A stretch of DNA of 64,000 nucleotides. Source: a virus. Where the stretch lies: positions 106,201-170,200 of IMG/VR virus record IMGVR_UViG_3300025436_000002; one strand, written 5' to 3'. The first letter of the stretch is position 1. Each line of letters starts with the position of its first letter. This document shows, one piece after another, positions 27,248 to 36,849 of this stretch. Under the pieces are notes generated by a model. It was not told where the DNA came from. It did no database searches and saw nothing but the letters and a program-made list of their open reading frames with translations. Made by a program: the position numbers and the translations under genes.

Positions 27248-28729
27248 ATGATTAACAGAATTAAAAATTTGATAAACGAGTTGGTTGGGGAAGTTACTCA
27301 ACCTATAGTAAACTCGGAAAACTTTAAAAAATGGTTTGACGATAGTAAAATTGTAGATGAGCATGGAGAACCTTTAGTCGTCTACCATGGTACTAATAAA
27401 AACTTTGTAGAGTTCTCTCATGAAGAGATAGGGAGTGGTTCTGGAAACAGGGGTCATTATGGGGAAGGCTTTTATTTCTCGTATGATATACGAGAAGCTA
27501 AGGGCTACGGTAAGAACTTACTAGAAGCTTATCTTAAAATAACTAACCCTTTTGATGCGGGTAATCCTAAAAACTTTGAAAAGTATGCTGAAGATTACGG
27601 ATTTAAAAAAGAAGATTTAGCTATTAACTTTGGATGGCTTATAAGTAGTATTAGGAAGACTGATAAGGTAGCTCATGAGTTAGCTCTGTTAGTAGATGGA
27701 TACGGATTTGAAAAAGGCTGGGAAGTATTCATAGAAAATCATGATGGAAAAGTTCCAGAATCTAAATTAGACTTAAATGAAGTATCTAACTGGATATCTG
27801 AATATTGTAACTCTGATTCTAAGTGGGCTGTTCCCGACTACATAAAAGAAGAATTAAAAGTACTTGGGGAAACTCCAGTATATGAACAAGGTTACGAAGC
27901 TGGTTCTGAACCAAATCTATTATATATGACTGACTATGGACAATCTGGAAGTATAACTAAAACCCTTAAAGAAGACGGATACGATGGAGTTCTTGCAGGA
28001 AGTGAAGTAGTTGCTTTCTATCCGAATCAAATTAAATCAGTTGATAACAAGGGTACTTTTAATCCTAACTCTAATAGTGTGTATGAAAGTGATGATAAGA
28101 CTGAAACAGATAGTTTCAAGACATGGTTCGACGGAAGTAGGGTTGTAGATGAACAAGGTAATCCTCTAGTTGTTTATCATGGAACTAGTGCATCTTTTGA
28201 TACTTTCTCATTAAAACACTTAGGTATCTCGACTAAGGCATCTTCTGCAAAGCAAGGATTCTTCTTCGCTTCTGATGAAGAAACTGCAAGAGGGTATGCT
28301 AATTTTGCTGGAGAACTAGCAGTCCAAGATCTTATAGATAAAGCGGGAAGGATGGAACGATTAAAGAAATGGGACATGGCTGTCTTATACACTAAAAAGG
28401 CTGAGGACTTAGAAGAGAGTGGCGAACATTTGAAGAACTCTACGGTAATGAAAGCTTATTTAAAACTAGAAAACCCTATCATAATTGATGCTGACGGAGA
28501 GTCTTTTGTGGATTTTGAAGATGAAATTCACAAAGCTATTGAAGACTCTAAACGAAGAGGTAGGGATGGAGTTATCATTAAGAACCTCGTAGACAATGCA
28601 GACTATAGTAGCTCTAGGATAGCTACTCACTATCTAGTATTTTCCCCTAATCAAATTAAATCTGTCAATAATAAAGGTACCTTTAGTTTAGATTCTGATA
28701 ATATATATGAACAAGAGGAGGGGATGTAA
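27248..28729 (+). CDS. Tandem ADP-ribosyltransferase-like (ART-PolyVal-like) domain protein with N-terminal leader
   Basis: Two copies of FK.WF..S..VDE.G.PLVVYHGT...F..FS...GF[YF]F...A.GY...AYLK..NP...DGV...PNQIKSV.NKGTF; leader MINRIKNLINE. Confidence 0.75.
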   Translation: MINRIKNLINELVGEVTQPIVNSENFKKWFDDSKIVDEHGEPLVVYHGTNKNFVEFSHEEIGSGSGNRGHYGEGFYFSYDIREAKGYGKNLLEAYLKITNPFDAGNPKNFEKYAEDYGFKKEDLAINFGWLISSIRKTDKVAHELALLVDGYGFEKGWEVFIENHDGKVPESKLDLNEVSNWISEYCNSDSKWAVPDYIKEELKVLGETPVYEQGYEAGSEPNLLYMTDYGQSGSITKTLKEDGYDGVLAGSEVVAFYPNQIKSVDNKGTFNPNSNSVYESDDKTETDSFKTWFDGSRVVDEQGNPLVVYHGTSASFDTFSLKHLGISTKASSAKQGFFFASDEETARGYANFAGELAVQDLIDKAGRMERLKKWDMAVLYTKKAEDLEESGEHLKNSTVMKAYLKLENPIIIDADGESFVDFEDEIHKAIEDSKRRGRDGVIIKNLVDNADYSSSRIATHYLVFSPNQIKSVNNKGTFSLDSDNIYEQEEGM

Positions 28730-29476
28730 TTGAGTATGAATACAAAATCAAGGTCTTCTACAATAAATTGTGAGGATTTAACGGGTAGGGTATTCCATAT
28801 GTTAAAGGTTGCAGGAATTTATAGTGTGGGTAGTGGCGGAGGAGTAGTTTGGGCTTGTGATTGTACTTGTGGTAATAGAAAAAATATAAGAACTCCTTAC
28901 CTTATTAGTGGGAGTTCTAAGTCTTGTGGCTGTCATAAGAGAAAGACCAATCTAATAGAGGCTTTCGAGGGTCATGCTGAGATAGTAATTAATAGTATTA
29001 AATTTGGAGAAATTCGAGCAATAATAGATCTAGAGGATGTAGCTAAGTGTAAAAATCATACTTGGTGCACTAGTAGCTGTACGGAAGACAAATATGGATT
29101 TTACATAAGAAGTCGGAATACTGAAATGAAGTCGCCCTACCTACACAGATTGGTAATGGGGTCTTCGTCTTCTCATGTGGATCATATTAACCATAATAAG
29201 CTAGATAACCGTAAGTGTAATCTACGTCTAGTAACTGCTGGGGAGAATGCTCAAAATAAGGTGGGTTGTCAATCCAACAATAAAACTAGTGGTATTAAAA
29301 ATATACATTATGATAAAAGTAGACAAAAATGGGGTGTTAGTATATCATTAGAAGGAAATAAAGTATTCTTCAAGAGGTATGATACTCTTGAAGAGGCTAA
29401 ACTAGCTTCTATAGAAGCTAGAAAGAAATTTCATCCTTTTTTTAGTCAGGAGTTTTTAAATGAACCTGAAAATTGA
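28730..29476 (+). CDS. HNH homing endonuclease with AP2 domain
   Basis: DLTG..F..L / W.C.C.CG / SKSCGC; LHRLVM...VDHINHNKLDNRK.NLR; C-terminal AP2-like SG.K.I..DK...KW. Confidence 0.9.
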   Translation: MSMNTKSRSSTINCEDLTGRVFHMLKVAGIYSVGSGGGVVWACDCTCGNRKNIRTPYLISGSSKSCGCHKRKTNLIEAFEGHAEIVINSIKFGEIRAIIDLEDVAKCKNHTWCTSSCTEDKYGFYIRSRNTEMKSPYLHRLVMGSSSSHVDHINHNKLDNRKCNLRLVTAGENAQNKVGCQSNNKTSGIKNIHYDKSRQKWGVSISLEGNKVFFKRYDTLEEAKLASIEARKKFHPFFSQEFLNEPEN

Positions 29477-30245
29477 AAGTGATCTTCACATAGAATTCAA
29501 GAATCATGAGCCTGACTTATCCGACGTGCAAGTATACGTTATTGCAGGAGATTTAGGTCTATTTAAGAATGAAAAAAAATGGCTTATTGATCTAACTAAC
29601 AAGTATCCAAACGTGGAGATGGTTGTGGTTTCAGGCAACCACTCATTCTATGACACTAATATCGAAAAAGTAGATAGAGAATCGAGAGAGCTTTCTAAGC
29701 AATATGAAAGAATACATTATCTTCAAAATGATTCTATAGTTCTTAACGGGTTTAGGTTTATAACTAGCACTTTATGGACCGACTTCAATAAAGGCAATCC
29801 TACTGCGATGTACCTAGCCCAAGCTAGAATGAATGATTATAAACAGATAAGATATCATGGAGGAGCTTCTAGACTTACTCCATATAGAGTCGCTATATTA
29901 CATAAACAATCTAAGGATTATATATTTAAGACCCTCAATACTAGTGAAGAACCTTGCTTTGTCATATCCCACCATCGTCCTTATATAGAAAGAAATCACA
30001 TGACCGATGAGTTATCCCCAGCTTATGAAGTTGATTTACTTAAAGAGCTTGATAAATGTAAAAAACTGCCTATAGCTTGGTTCCACGGACATGATCACGT
30101 CTCAAGCACTAAGATAATAGAGTATGGGCATGGCTCTGTAGAATTTATATCAAATCAAAAAGGGTATCCTAATGAAGAATCTGGTTTTGATCCGAACTTT
30201 ATTTATATTTTAAATGAGGATGTTTTGGGATTAAGTAATGATTAA
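29460..30245 (+). CDS. Calcineurin-like metallophosphoesterase
   Basis: SDLHIE, AGDLG, GNHSFY, TLWTD, HH.P, HGHDH, N.KGY motifs. Confidence 0.9.
   Translation: MNLKIESDLHIEFKNHEPDLSDVQVYVIAGDLGLFKNEKKWLIDLTNKYPNVEMVVVSGNHSFYDTNIEKVDRESRELSKQYERIHYLQNDSIVLNGFRFITSTLWTDFNKGNPTAMYLAQARMNDYKQIRYHGGASRLTPYRVAILHKQSKDYIFKTLNTSEEPCFVISHHRPYIERNHMTDELSPAYEVDLLKELDKCKKLPIAWFHGHDHVSSTKIIEYGHGSVEFISNQKGYPNEESGFDPNFIYILNEDVLGLSND
30202..30212 (+). promoter_or_regulatory. Putative late promoter inside 3' end of phosphoesterase gene
   Basis: TTTATATTTTA 36 nt before 30238. Confidence 0.65.
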
Positions 30246-32175
30246 TAGAATAAATGAACTAATACATAAGTTATGGACTAATGAGAAAGTTACTAGAGCT
30301 CAACTACACGAGATGAGTTTTGGGATAGAACTTGAGATGAAACATGAAGACATGGATATGTCTGATTTTGGAGTAATGAGGAGAGATGATAAGAAATTCT
30401 TCAATTTAACTAAAAATTGGGATATACACCATGATGGTTCTCTAAGTGGAAATGGTACTGAATTTGTATCCCCTCCTATGCCTTTTGAAGAATTTATAGA
30501 AAAAATCCCCCAAGTCATAACTTATCTTAGAGATGAAGGTTTTTATGGTGATGATGAGTGTGGATATCATATAGGAGTTTCGTCCTCTTCTTTAAATCTT
30601 TCTAAAAATATGAGAGACATGTATGAAAAACTTGAAGATGAATATTCTGAGCTAGTTGCTACTATTTTAGCGTATAATTTAAACTCTAAGGGTTTATTCG
30701 CCCTTGGAGACATTGATAGACAGTCTGGGGAGTATACACAAGACTTGGTAGATACTATTCATATAGACAAAGATGAAGTCGGAGATTTTCTAAAAGATGT
30801 TGAAAGGAATGAGCTGACTCTTGGAGATATTATATCTAACTCTGATAGATTTGTACATGGGGTTGCTCATTTTAGACAAAAAGTAGACCAGAATATACAT
30901 CATGTCTCTATGACAAGAAGGGAGGACTATGTAGAATTTAGAGGCTTAGGGGGTAAAAAAGCTTTTGACAGTCTTAGACTTCCAGACTTTGTTAGAAAAC
31001 TCTGTGTTATCTCAGCTTCTCAGGCTTTGGGCAATATTAAAACTGATTATACTGAACGGGAGCTGTATAAAATATTAAAACCTTACATGAAAGGCATACC
31101 CGAAGTAGCCCATATCTTCCAAACACAATCCAAAGAGACTGAAGGAGCTTCTGGACTTTTAGGGATAATTAATTACTTAAAAGATAAACCTAACTTGAGA
31201 AAAACTGCTTCTAGGATGTCCGACATGACTTTTTCTAAGATGTTTAGAGAATACTTAGGAACAGTTAGACCTAATTCTTTAGAGTTCAAAAAGTTGATGG
31301 TGAGATTTCCGATAGATACTATATACATGTTGCTTAGTTATACTAGAGATTTTAAAGATCTGCTAGGTACTATCTCTGGAGATAAATTTCCTTTAGATAA
31401 AATGCTAGAAGTCTTAGATAGAGAAGGATCTTCCGATTCTAGATTATTTGGAAATATCATGGAAGCTCTTACTAAACTAAAAATAGTAACCCTAACGGAT
31501 AAACAACAACTTGATGTGGTTGATAGATTAAAAGGCGTGTCTGGCATACTTAAATACTTACCTAATGTGGGTCTAAATACATTAGTTTATCTCTTTGGTT
31601 CGGATAATGCAAACGATAGGTTTAATGCGTATCAATATCTTGAATTAAATAATAAGTTAAATCTAATTCCTAAGGAAGAGTTGTTAAAATTCTGGGATAC
31701 TCTATACGAAAAGGGACAGTGGCTGTCATTTAGAGATGGGGCTAAGAAAATATTAACTCCTGAGGAATACCTTACCAGATATCCTAAAGCTCTTCAAGAT
31801 AGGCTACTTCTCAGTGAGCCTGATGTTCTTACCTACGTTTTAGACAACTATGACAAATATAAAAACATGGGTCTCCCTTTCACAGGTGTTATAGTTTGGC
31901 TTGCTAATGATGCTTTAAAGGACGAAGTAGCTGAGAAAAATTTTATAAGGCTAACTGTCTTGAAACCAGAGTTATTATCTCAAATAGATTATATAAGTAG
32001 AGAAGTACAACTAGAAATAGTTAAACAAAGACCTGATGCTATATTATCCATAAAATCTCCCTACAAGGCAACTCTGAATAAAGTAAGAGAGCTTGGTGGA
32101 AAAGATGCAGATAAGTGGATTGAGACTGCTGCGACAGACTTTGGGTATAGAGATGTTATGGATGGTTTATTGTAA
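30238..32175 (+). CDS. Putative amidoligase (COOH-NH2 ligase, Amidoligase_2-like) paralogue 1
   Basis: FGIELE, DGSL..GTEFVSPP, CGYHIGVS, YVEFRGLGG; leader MINRINELIHKLWTNE. Confidence 0.8.
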   Translation: MINRINELIHKLWTNEKVTRAQLHEMSFGIELEMKHEDMDMSDFGVMRRDDKKFFNLTKNWDIHHDGSLSGNGTEFVSPPMPFEEFIEKIPQVITYLRDEGFYGDDECGYHIGVSSSSLNLSKNMRDMYEKLEDEYSELVATILAYNLNSKGLFALGDIDRQSGEYTQDLVDTIHIDKDEVGDFLKDVERNELTLGDIISNSDRFVHGVAHFRQKVDQNIHHVSMTRREDYVEFRGLGGKKAFDSLRLPDFVRKLCVISASQALGNIKTDYTERELYKILKPYMKGIPEVAHIFQTQSKETEGASGLLGIINYLKDKPNLRKTASRMSDMTFSKMFREYLGTVRPNSLEFKKLMVRFPIDTIYMLLSYTRDFKDLLGTISGDKFPLDKMLEVLDREGSSDSRLFGNIMEALTKLKIVTLTDKQQLDVVDRLKGVSGILKYLPNVGLNTLVYLFGSDNANDRFNAYQYLELNNKLNLIPKEELLKFWDTLYEKGQWLSFRDGAKKILTPEEYLTRYPKALQDRLLLSEPDVLTYVLDNYDKYKNMGLPFTGVIVWLANDALKDEVAEKNFIRLTVLKPELLSQIDYISREVQLEIVKQRPDAILSIKSPYKATLNKVRELGGKDADKWIETAATDFGYRDVMDGLL

Positions 32176-32924
32176 TGCTAAAAAGAATAAAAGAACTTTT
32201 AAAATTGAATGAAGCTACCCTAGAACAAGTGTTAAGTGTTACAGATAGGGACAGGCTTATTAAAACATGTATAGCAAATCTTGAAGTGAGTGGTGAGAGT
32301 CTTAGTCATTTCTATATGTATATTGATTCGGATACTGCTGAGGAGATAGCTGATGAATTAGGAGATTCCGAAGATGTCCATTCACTAGATGACCTGCTTA
32401 ACAAGTATAGTGATGACGAAGTAGTAAACACGAATGCCTTTAAACAGTTCGTATATACCAATACCGAAGCTAAACTTGATAGTGTAGTAGATGAGTTGGA
32501 GGATACTTTAGATTGGCGTAGAGATCATAGTTTCGTAAATCTGTATAGAGCTATTGGATTTTCTAGCTCTGGTAAATTTAATCGACTTACGGGTGAGCAT
32601 GGGGCTACTAACTTATCTTCTTGGTTAGAACATCTTTACGTCAAAGGTAAGCATGTAGGCATCTTCTGGGCTGATTCTTTTGATAAGGCTAAGGAGTTTG
32701 GAAACTTGAATGTTAGCGGAGATTTCTATATTCTAAAAACCAATGTTGAAAATAGATATATTGATTGGTATGAAACTATAAAACTTAGGATGGATTTAAC
32801 TCTTGGGGAGGAAAACGAGATAAGATTATTCAAAGGAACTCCTTTAACAATAGAAACTATATATGACGAAACTGGGGACGAAATAGATATATCCATATTA
32901 GAAGGGAAGAAACTGTATGCTTAG
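32175..32924 (+). CDS. ADP-ribosyltransferase-like protein with leader
   Basis: LYRAI...HVGIFWADS...EENEIRL (R...ExE pattern); leader MLKRIKELLKLNE. Confidence 0.55.
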   Translation: MLKRIKELLKLNEATLEQVLSVTDRDRLIKTCIANLEVSGESLSHFYMYIDSDTAEEIADELGDSEDVHSLDDLLNKYSDDEVVNTNAFKQFVYTNTEAKLDSVVDELEDTLDWRRDHSFVNLYRAIGFSSSGKFNRLTGEHGATNLSSWLEHLYVKGKHVGIFWADSFDKAKEFGNLNVSGDFYILKTNVENRYIDWYETIKLRMDLTLGEENEIRLFKGTPLTIETIYDETGDEIDISILEGKKLYA

Positions 32925-33291
32925 AAGAATTAAAGAAATACTAGATTACATTAAAGGGGACGTACATAAACAAGATTTAGAAGATATATTTCCCATGGTT
33001 AATAACGTATACTACCTAGATTATAACGGGGACTCTGAGTTTATATATGTACGTAAAGATGATGATACTTTTCATGTGGCTAAACATTTGGGAGGCATGC
33101 AAATGAGGGGAAGACACGGAGAGCTTGTTCCTCATGAAGTAAATGCTGACGAATTACTCTTGACAATACAACAATCTGATGCAAGTTTAGACCCTAGAAA
33201 TGGTGATAGGGAAGTCAGGATACAAGATACTCCCAAAGGTTATGACGTTACTCTTATAGAAATAGATAATGATATCTGGGAGCCTTTGTAG
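32917..33291 (+). CDS. Hypothetical protein with leader
   Basis: Leader MLRRIKEILDY. Confidence 0.7.
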   Translation: MLRRIKEILDYIKGDVHKQDLEDIFPMVNNVYYLDYNGDSEFIYVRKDDDTFHVAKHLGGMQMRGRHGELVPHEVNADELLLTIQQSDASLDPRNGDREVRIQDTPKGYDVTLIEIDNDIWEPL

Positions 33292-33292
33292 T

Positions 33293-33967
33293 ATGCTTAG
33301 AAGAATAAAAGAACTTTTAAAATTAAACGAAAAACAACAGACTCTCGACGGTTTTTGGGAAAATATAGATTGGTATAAGTTTGCTGAATGGACTAAAAGC
33401 AATATACCCGACTATATGTATGAAAACGAGAATCCCTTAGACTCTTTTGCGGAAGCGTATGTGGAAGACCACGATATCGACTTAAACGACTTAGATGATA
33501 ATGAGGATTATCAAAGTTGGTTAACGGGTGAATTAGCTTACGCATTAGAAGAAACTTATAGACTTGTAGATCATGCTGTGGGGAGTTCAAATCCTATATC
33601 TATTTACAGAGCTCTTAGAATATCAGGAGACTACTTAGAACATCTTAAAAACCAAGGTAAACATTTAGGTATCTACTGGACATGGGAAGAAAGTCTTGCT
33701 ACTGACTATGAAGGCTCCGAGTCAAGTAGGAATAGCTCTGGTGACTTCTACTTAATTGAGACGGAAGTCCCTCAGACCAATATAAATTGGAGAAATACCC
33801 TACTACAGAATTTTGTATCCCAAGGGGAGAGTGAAATTCAGTTATATAAAGGAGTCCCAATCAAAATTAAACGGATGTGGAAAGCTCCTAATAACTTAAC
33901 TGCTGTACCCAATAGGAAGGAATTAGAAGTTCCTGAAGAGATTAAGAATAAAGTATTTTTTGCCTAA
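33293..33967 (+). CDS. ADP-ribosyltransferase-like protein with leader (paralogue of 32175)
   Basis: IYRAL...HLGIYWTW...GESEIQLYKG; leader MLRRIKELLKLNE at ATG 33293. Confidence 0.55.
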   Translation: MLRRIKELLKLNEKQQTLDGFWENIDWYKFAEWTKSNIPDYMYENENPLDSFAEAYVEDHDIDLNDLDDNEDYQSWLTGELAYALEETYRLVDHAVGSSNPISIYRALRISGDYLEHLKNQGKHLGIYWTWEESLATDYEGSESSRNSSGDFYLIETEVPQTNINWRNTLLQNFVSQGESEIQLYKGVPIKIKRMWKAPNNLTAVPNRKELEVPEEIKNKVFFA

Positions 33968-33970
33968 CAC

Positions 33971-33999
33971 TTGACATACTAGTAAAAGTATGCTATCAT
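33971..33999 (+). promoter_or_regulatory. sigma70-like promoter for ncRNA
   Basis: TTGACA-N17-TATCAT with TG extension. Confidence 0.75.
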
Positions 34000-34005
34000 G
34001 TAATT

Positions 34006-34210
34006 ATTGGAGACGTTTTCTTAAGTTCTCGGTAGGAGGTAGCTACCATTAAGAGAGCAGAAGCGTTTCGGGATAAAATTAAGAAGAACGGTCACTATTC
34101 GCACCACTACCGACTGTATCTTGTATAAATACCTGATGTACCTTGTAGGGGCTGGCTGTCCTACTACATCCGCCTAGGGGCTAAAGAGAGGTTGTGCGAC
34201 CTCTCTTTTT
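34006..34210 (+). ncRNA. Putative structured small RNA of unknown family
   Basis: Bounded by promoter and terminator; no ORF of 60 aa or more; GC-richer than flanks; several complementary segments. Confidence 0.6.
34183..34210 (+). terminator. Intrinsic terminator
   Basis: aaagagaggt-loop-acctctcttttt. Confidence 0.85.
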
Positions 34211-34213
34211 ATT

Positions 34214-34266
34214 TGTAACAAATTATTAACGTACCCCTTGACTTGTACTAAACTACATGGTATACT
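34214..34266 (+). promoter_or_regulatory. sigma70-like promoter with TGTAA box
   Basis: TGTAA-N8-TAACG at 34214; TTGACT(34238)-N17-TATACT. Confidence 0.75.
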
Positions 34267-34291
34267 TCTAATTATAAAGGAGTTTTAGAAC

Positions 34292-34576
34292 ATGATTATA
34301 TTTCCTAAGTTAGATACTTTTTTAGTTGAAAATTCCACAAGAAAACATTTAACCTTATTCTCAAACATTAGAACTCACTCTAGGAAATATTGGGCTCTGG
34401 AGATGTACGATAGATTTATAGTATATGACTTTGAAGATTTTGAGGAATACCACTTCATTGCCTTAGACGATGGAAGATGTACAGCATCCGTATCCGTAAA
34501 GAATATATACTCCTCAATGAAGCAGTCCTTCAATAGCTCAGATAATTTAAAATGTATAGAGATAACTGAAAAATAA
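34292..34576 (+). CDS. Hypothetical protein whose C-terminal tag is cut off by a stop
   Basis: In-frame continuation after TAA reads LKKMLMCREMMK* (to 34615). Confidence 0.7.
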   Translation: MIIFPKLDTFLVENSTRKHLTLFSNIRTHSRKYWALEMYDRFIVYDFEDFEEYHFIALDDGRCTASVSVKNIYSSMKQSFNSSDNLKCIEITEK

Positions 34577-34782
34577 TTAAAAAAGATGTTAATGTGTAGA
34601 GAAATGATGAAATAGGAGATTAATTATGCCAGATATCGAAGATTGTGCTAATAGAGCATTCCTGTATAGTAAGAGGGTAAACCTCACTTCTAGTGAAAAA
34701 CGTATATGTAGATTAGAAGATGAAGTCAAGGTACTCAAGGAGTGTATCGAAGCCTTACTAACTGACAGAATAGGGGATTAAT

Positions 34783-35034
34783 ATGGGTAATGAGAGTCTT
34801 ATTGAAGAAGTACAGAATATTGTTTGGGGACTAAAAGAATCTTTCGGTAAAGGATGTTCGGATTATTTTGAAAGTATTGAAGAATCTCTTATTGGAAAGT
34901 TAGACTCCTTAGATTTTCTTATAGCTAACGATCCTTGGATGGATTCAGATAGACGAGAAACTGGGAGGACTCTCTTTAAAAATCTCAGGACTTTCCTCGT
35001 GGAAATTAGGGAACGTCTCGACTCCAGACAGTAA
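34783..35034 (+). CDS. Hypothetical protein
   Basis: Clean ORF with RBS. Confidence 0.65.
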   Translation: MGNESLIEEVQNIVWGLKESFGKGCSDYFESIEESLIGKLDSLDFLIANDPWMDSDRRETGRTLFKNLRTFLVEIRERLDSRQ

Positions 35035-35088
35035 TCTCGTTCTCCATAAAGATAAGAATAACCAATTGATTCTAAATACATGCCCTAG

Positions 35089-35099
35089 TTTATATTTTA
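35089..35099 (+). promoter_or_regulatory. Putative late promoter TTTATATTHTA
   Basis: ctagtttatattttaaatagga, identical to the site at 43048. Confidence 0.7.
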
Positions 35100-35128
35100 A
35101 ATAGGAAAAGATATGTAAGGATTAAATT

Positions 35129-35752
35129 ATGGATAGGGCACTAGGTAGGATTAAAAAGCTATGCGAGGATCTATCCTCTGATTTGGCTAACCATTATTTA
35201 TGGTATCGAAGTGTAGATCGAATCCCTAAGGACATTTACAGCTACATTATAGGTGCTGCTAGGAGTTTAACTTATGATATGATAGACGAACCCGAAGTAG
35301 CTGAAATATTAAAAAATGATGAGAGTCTTAGGGCTGTAAAGCTCATGGATTATCCTTTTAAGATAAAAAAAGAAAATACAGGTATGCAGAATTTTGGATA
35401 CGGTATCTACTTTGCCAGTAATTACAAGTGGGCTAGTCGGTATGGAAGTTTTACTTTCGTATCTCGAGTTATGCCTAAAGAGATAGCCGTAATAAAAGAC
35501 TTTCAATCCGAATGGGTTAAACTTTCTGGAGGATTAGGTACAGACATTGCTAACTACTTTCAAGAGATGGGAATTGACCTCCATAGTGAACAAGCTCCTT
35601 TATTTCCTAAACTTATTAAGAAGTTCGCAGGTAAGGATAAAAAAGCGTTACTAGTTAATAACTCATCTGACAGTATTGATGCACAACTTTGTGTATACAA
35701 TACGAGTGCGATATATACTAAATATCTTATATATAAAAACGGAGACTTATAA
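35129..35752 (+). CDS. ADP-ribosyltransferase-like protein with leader
   Basis: WYRSV...FGYGIYFASN...ASRYG...QLCVYN; leader LGRIKKLCE. Confidence 0.55.
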   Translation: MDRALGRIKKLCEDLSSDLANHYLWYRSVDRIPKDIYSYIIGAARSLTYDMIDEPEVAEILKNDESLRAVKLMDYPFKIKKENTGMQNFGYGIYFASNYKWASRYGSFTFVSRVMPKEIAVIKDFQSEWVKLSGGLGTDIANYFQEMGIDLHSEQAPLFPKLIKKFAGKDKKALLVNNSSDSIDAQLCVYNTSAIYTKYLIYKNGDL

Positions 35753-36264
35753 TGGAGGATAATTTCGTGGGACTTAATGACTTAAAAAGATTATTAAACA
35801 AAAGTAAAATAAATGAAGCTTCAACACTCAAAGTCTCTTTCAATTTAACAGACTTAGAAAATGTGGTATTAAAATTTGAAACAGGGGTTCTTCCAGTCGA
35901 ACGTCTTATAGAATTTCTAAGAAAAGAAATGGACGAAGCTCTCGAGAAAAGACAAGTCAAGGATAACCATAAGACAAGAGAAGATCAAAAGTTGGCTGAG
36001 GGCATGAAAACACATGCTCGTATTCTTTTTGCAGATGCTTTTGAAACTTTAGGATATGATGCAAATGACTCTTCCATAGTTAGTATGGTTGAGAATTTAA
36101 CCATACACTTTATAAAATTAAAAGTTAAATATAAAGATGCCGATGATACTACTACTGCAACTTCTGCTATTGAGGCAACATGGCATGCATCCTCAAATGA
36201 GTGGAGAGAAGTCTTAGATAGACTTAAAGCTACATTCGAGGGTGAGGTTACTAATGTTGAATAG
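35752..36264 (+). CDS. Hypothetical protein with leader
   Basis: Leader LNDLKRLLNKSKINE. Confidence 0.7.
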   Translation: MEDNFVGLNDLKRLLNKSKINEASTLKVSFNLTDLENVVLKFETGVLPVERLIEFLRKEMDEALEKRQVKDNHKTREDQKLAEGMKTHARILFADAFETLGYDANDSSIVSMVENLTIHFIKLKVKYKDADDTTTATSAIEATWHASSNEWREVLDRLKATFEGEVTNVE

Positions 36265-36325
36265 GCTTAACCAGTGCCATTGACTTATTACTAATAATAT
36301 GATATACTCATGTTAAGTATTAATT

Positions 36326-36574
36326 ATGGAGGGAAATACTTTGGGTACCAAGAATTGTAAAATTAAAACTGAAATTGATTCTGAATTTGTAAAGCATATC
36401 ATTACTGCAATTGCTTGTAGTCATGATTGTGATGAATTAAAAGTCCTCACTCAAGTGTTACAAGATTTATTAGACGACGGTAGAATATCACAAGTCATCT
36501 GGTTTGAGGCTACTAATGCATGGGCATGGGCTAGAAAAATAATAGAAGAATCTGAAGATGAGGACGAGGATTAA
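36326..36574 (+). CDS. Hypothetical protein
   Basis: Downstream of TTGACT-N17-TATACT at 36280. Confidence 0.6.
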   Translation: MEGNTLGTKNCKIKTEIDSEFVKHIITAIACSHDCDELKVLTQVLQDLLDDGRISQVIWFEATNAWAWARKIIEESEDEDED

Positions 36575-36849
36575 TGGATTTACAATATTTAGGCATAGCT
36601 TTTTATTTATATCTTATAGTTGGAATGCTCTTATACTGGAGCATTATAAATATTTTTAAAATATCAAGTAATACCAATGAACTTAGGGAAGTACTATCTG
36701 AGCATAATAAGAATAATGGATTCCATATGACCGAAGATACTATATGGACACTTATAAAATCTCCTAGAGTAATGACTTTATTTATAATTGGATATCCTCT
36801 ACTTGCATTACACTTAATAATTAAATTATTTTTTAAAAAAGTAATATGA
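36574..36849 (+). CDS. Small membrane protein
   Basis: Two hydrophobic segments. Confidence 0.65.
   Translation: MDLQYLGIAFYLYLIVGMLLYWSIINIFKISSNTNELREVLSEHNKNNGFHMTEDTIWTLIKSPRVMTLFIIGYPLLALHLIIKLFFKKVI

Noticed and set aside
34006-34210. tRNA or tmRNA identity for the ncRNA
   Set aside because: No T-loop GTTC motif, cloverleaf or CCA end recognisable.
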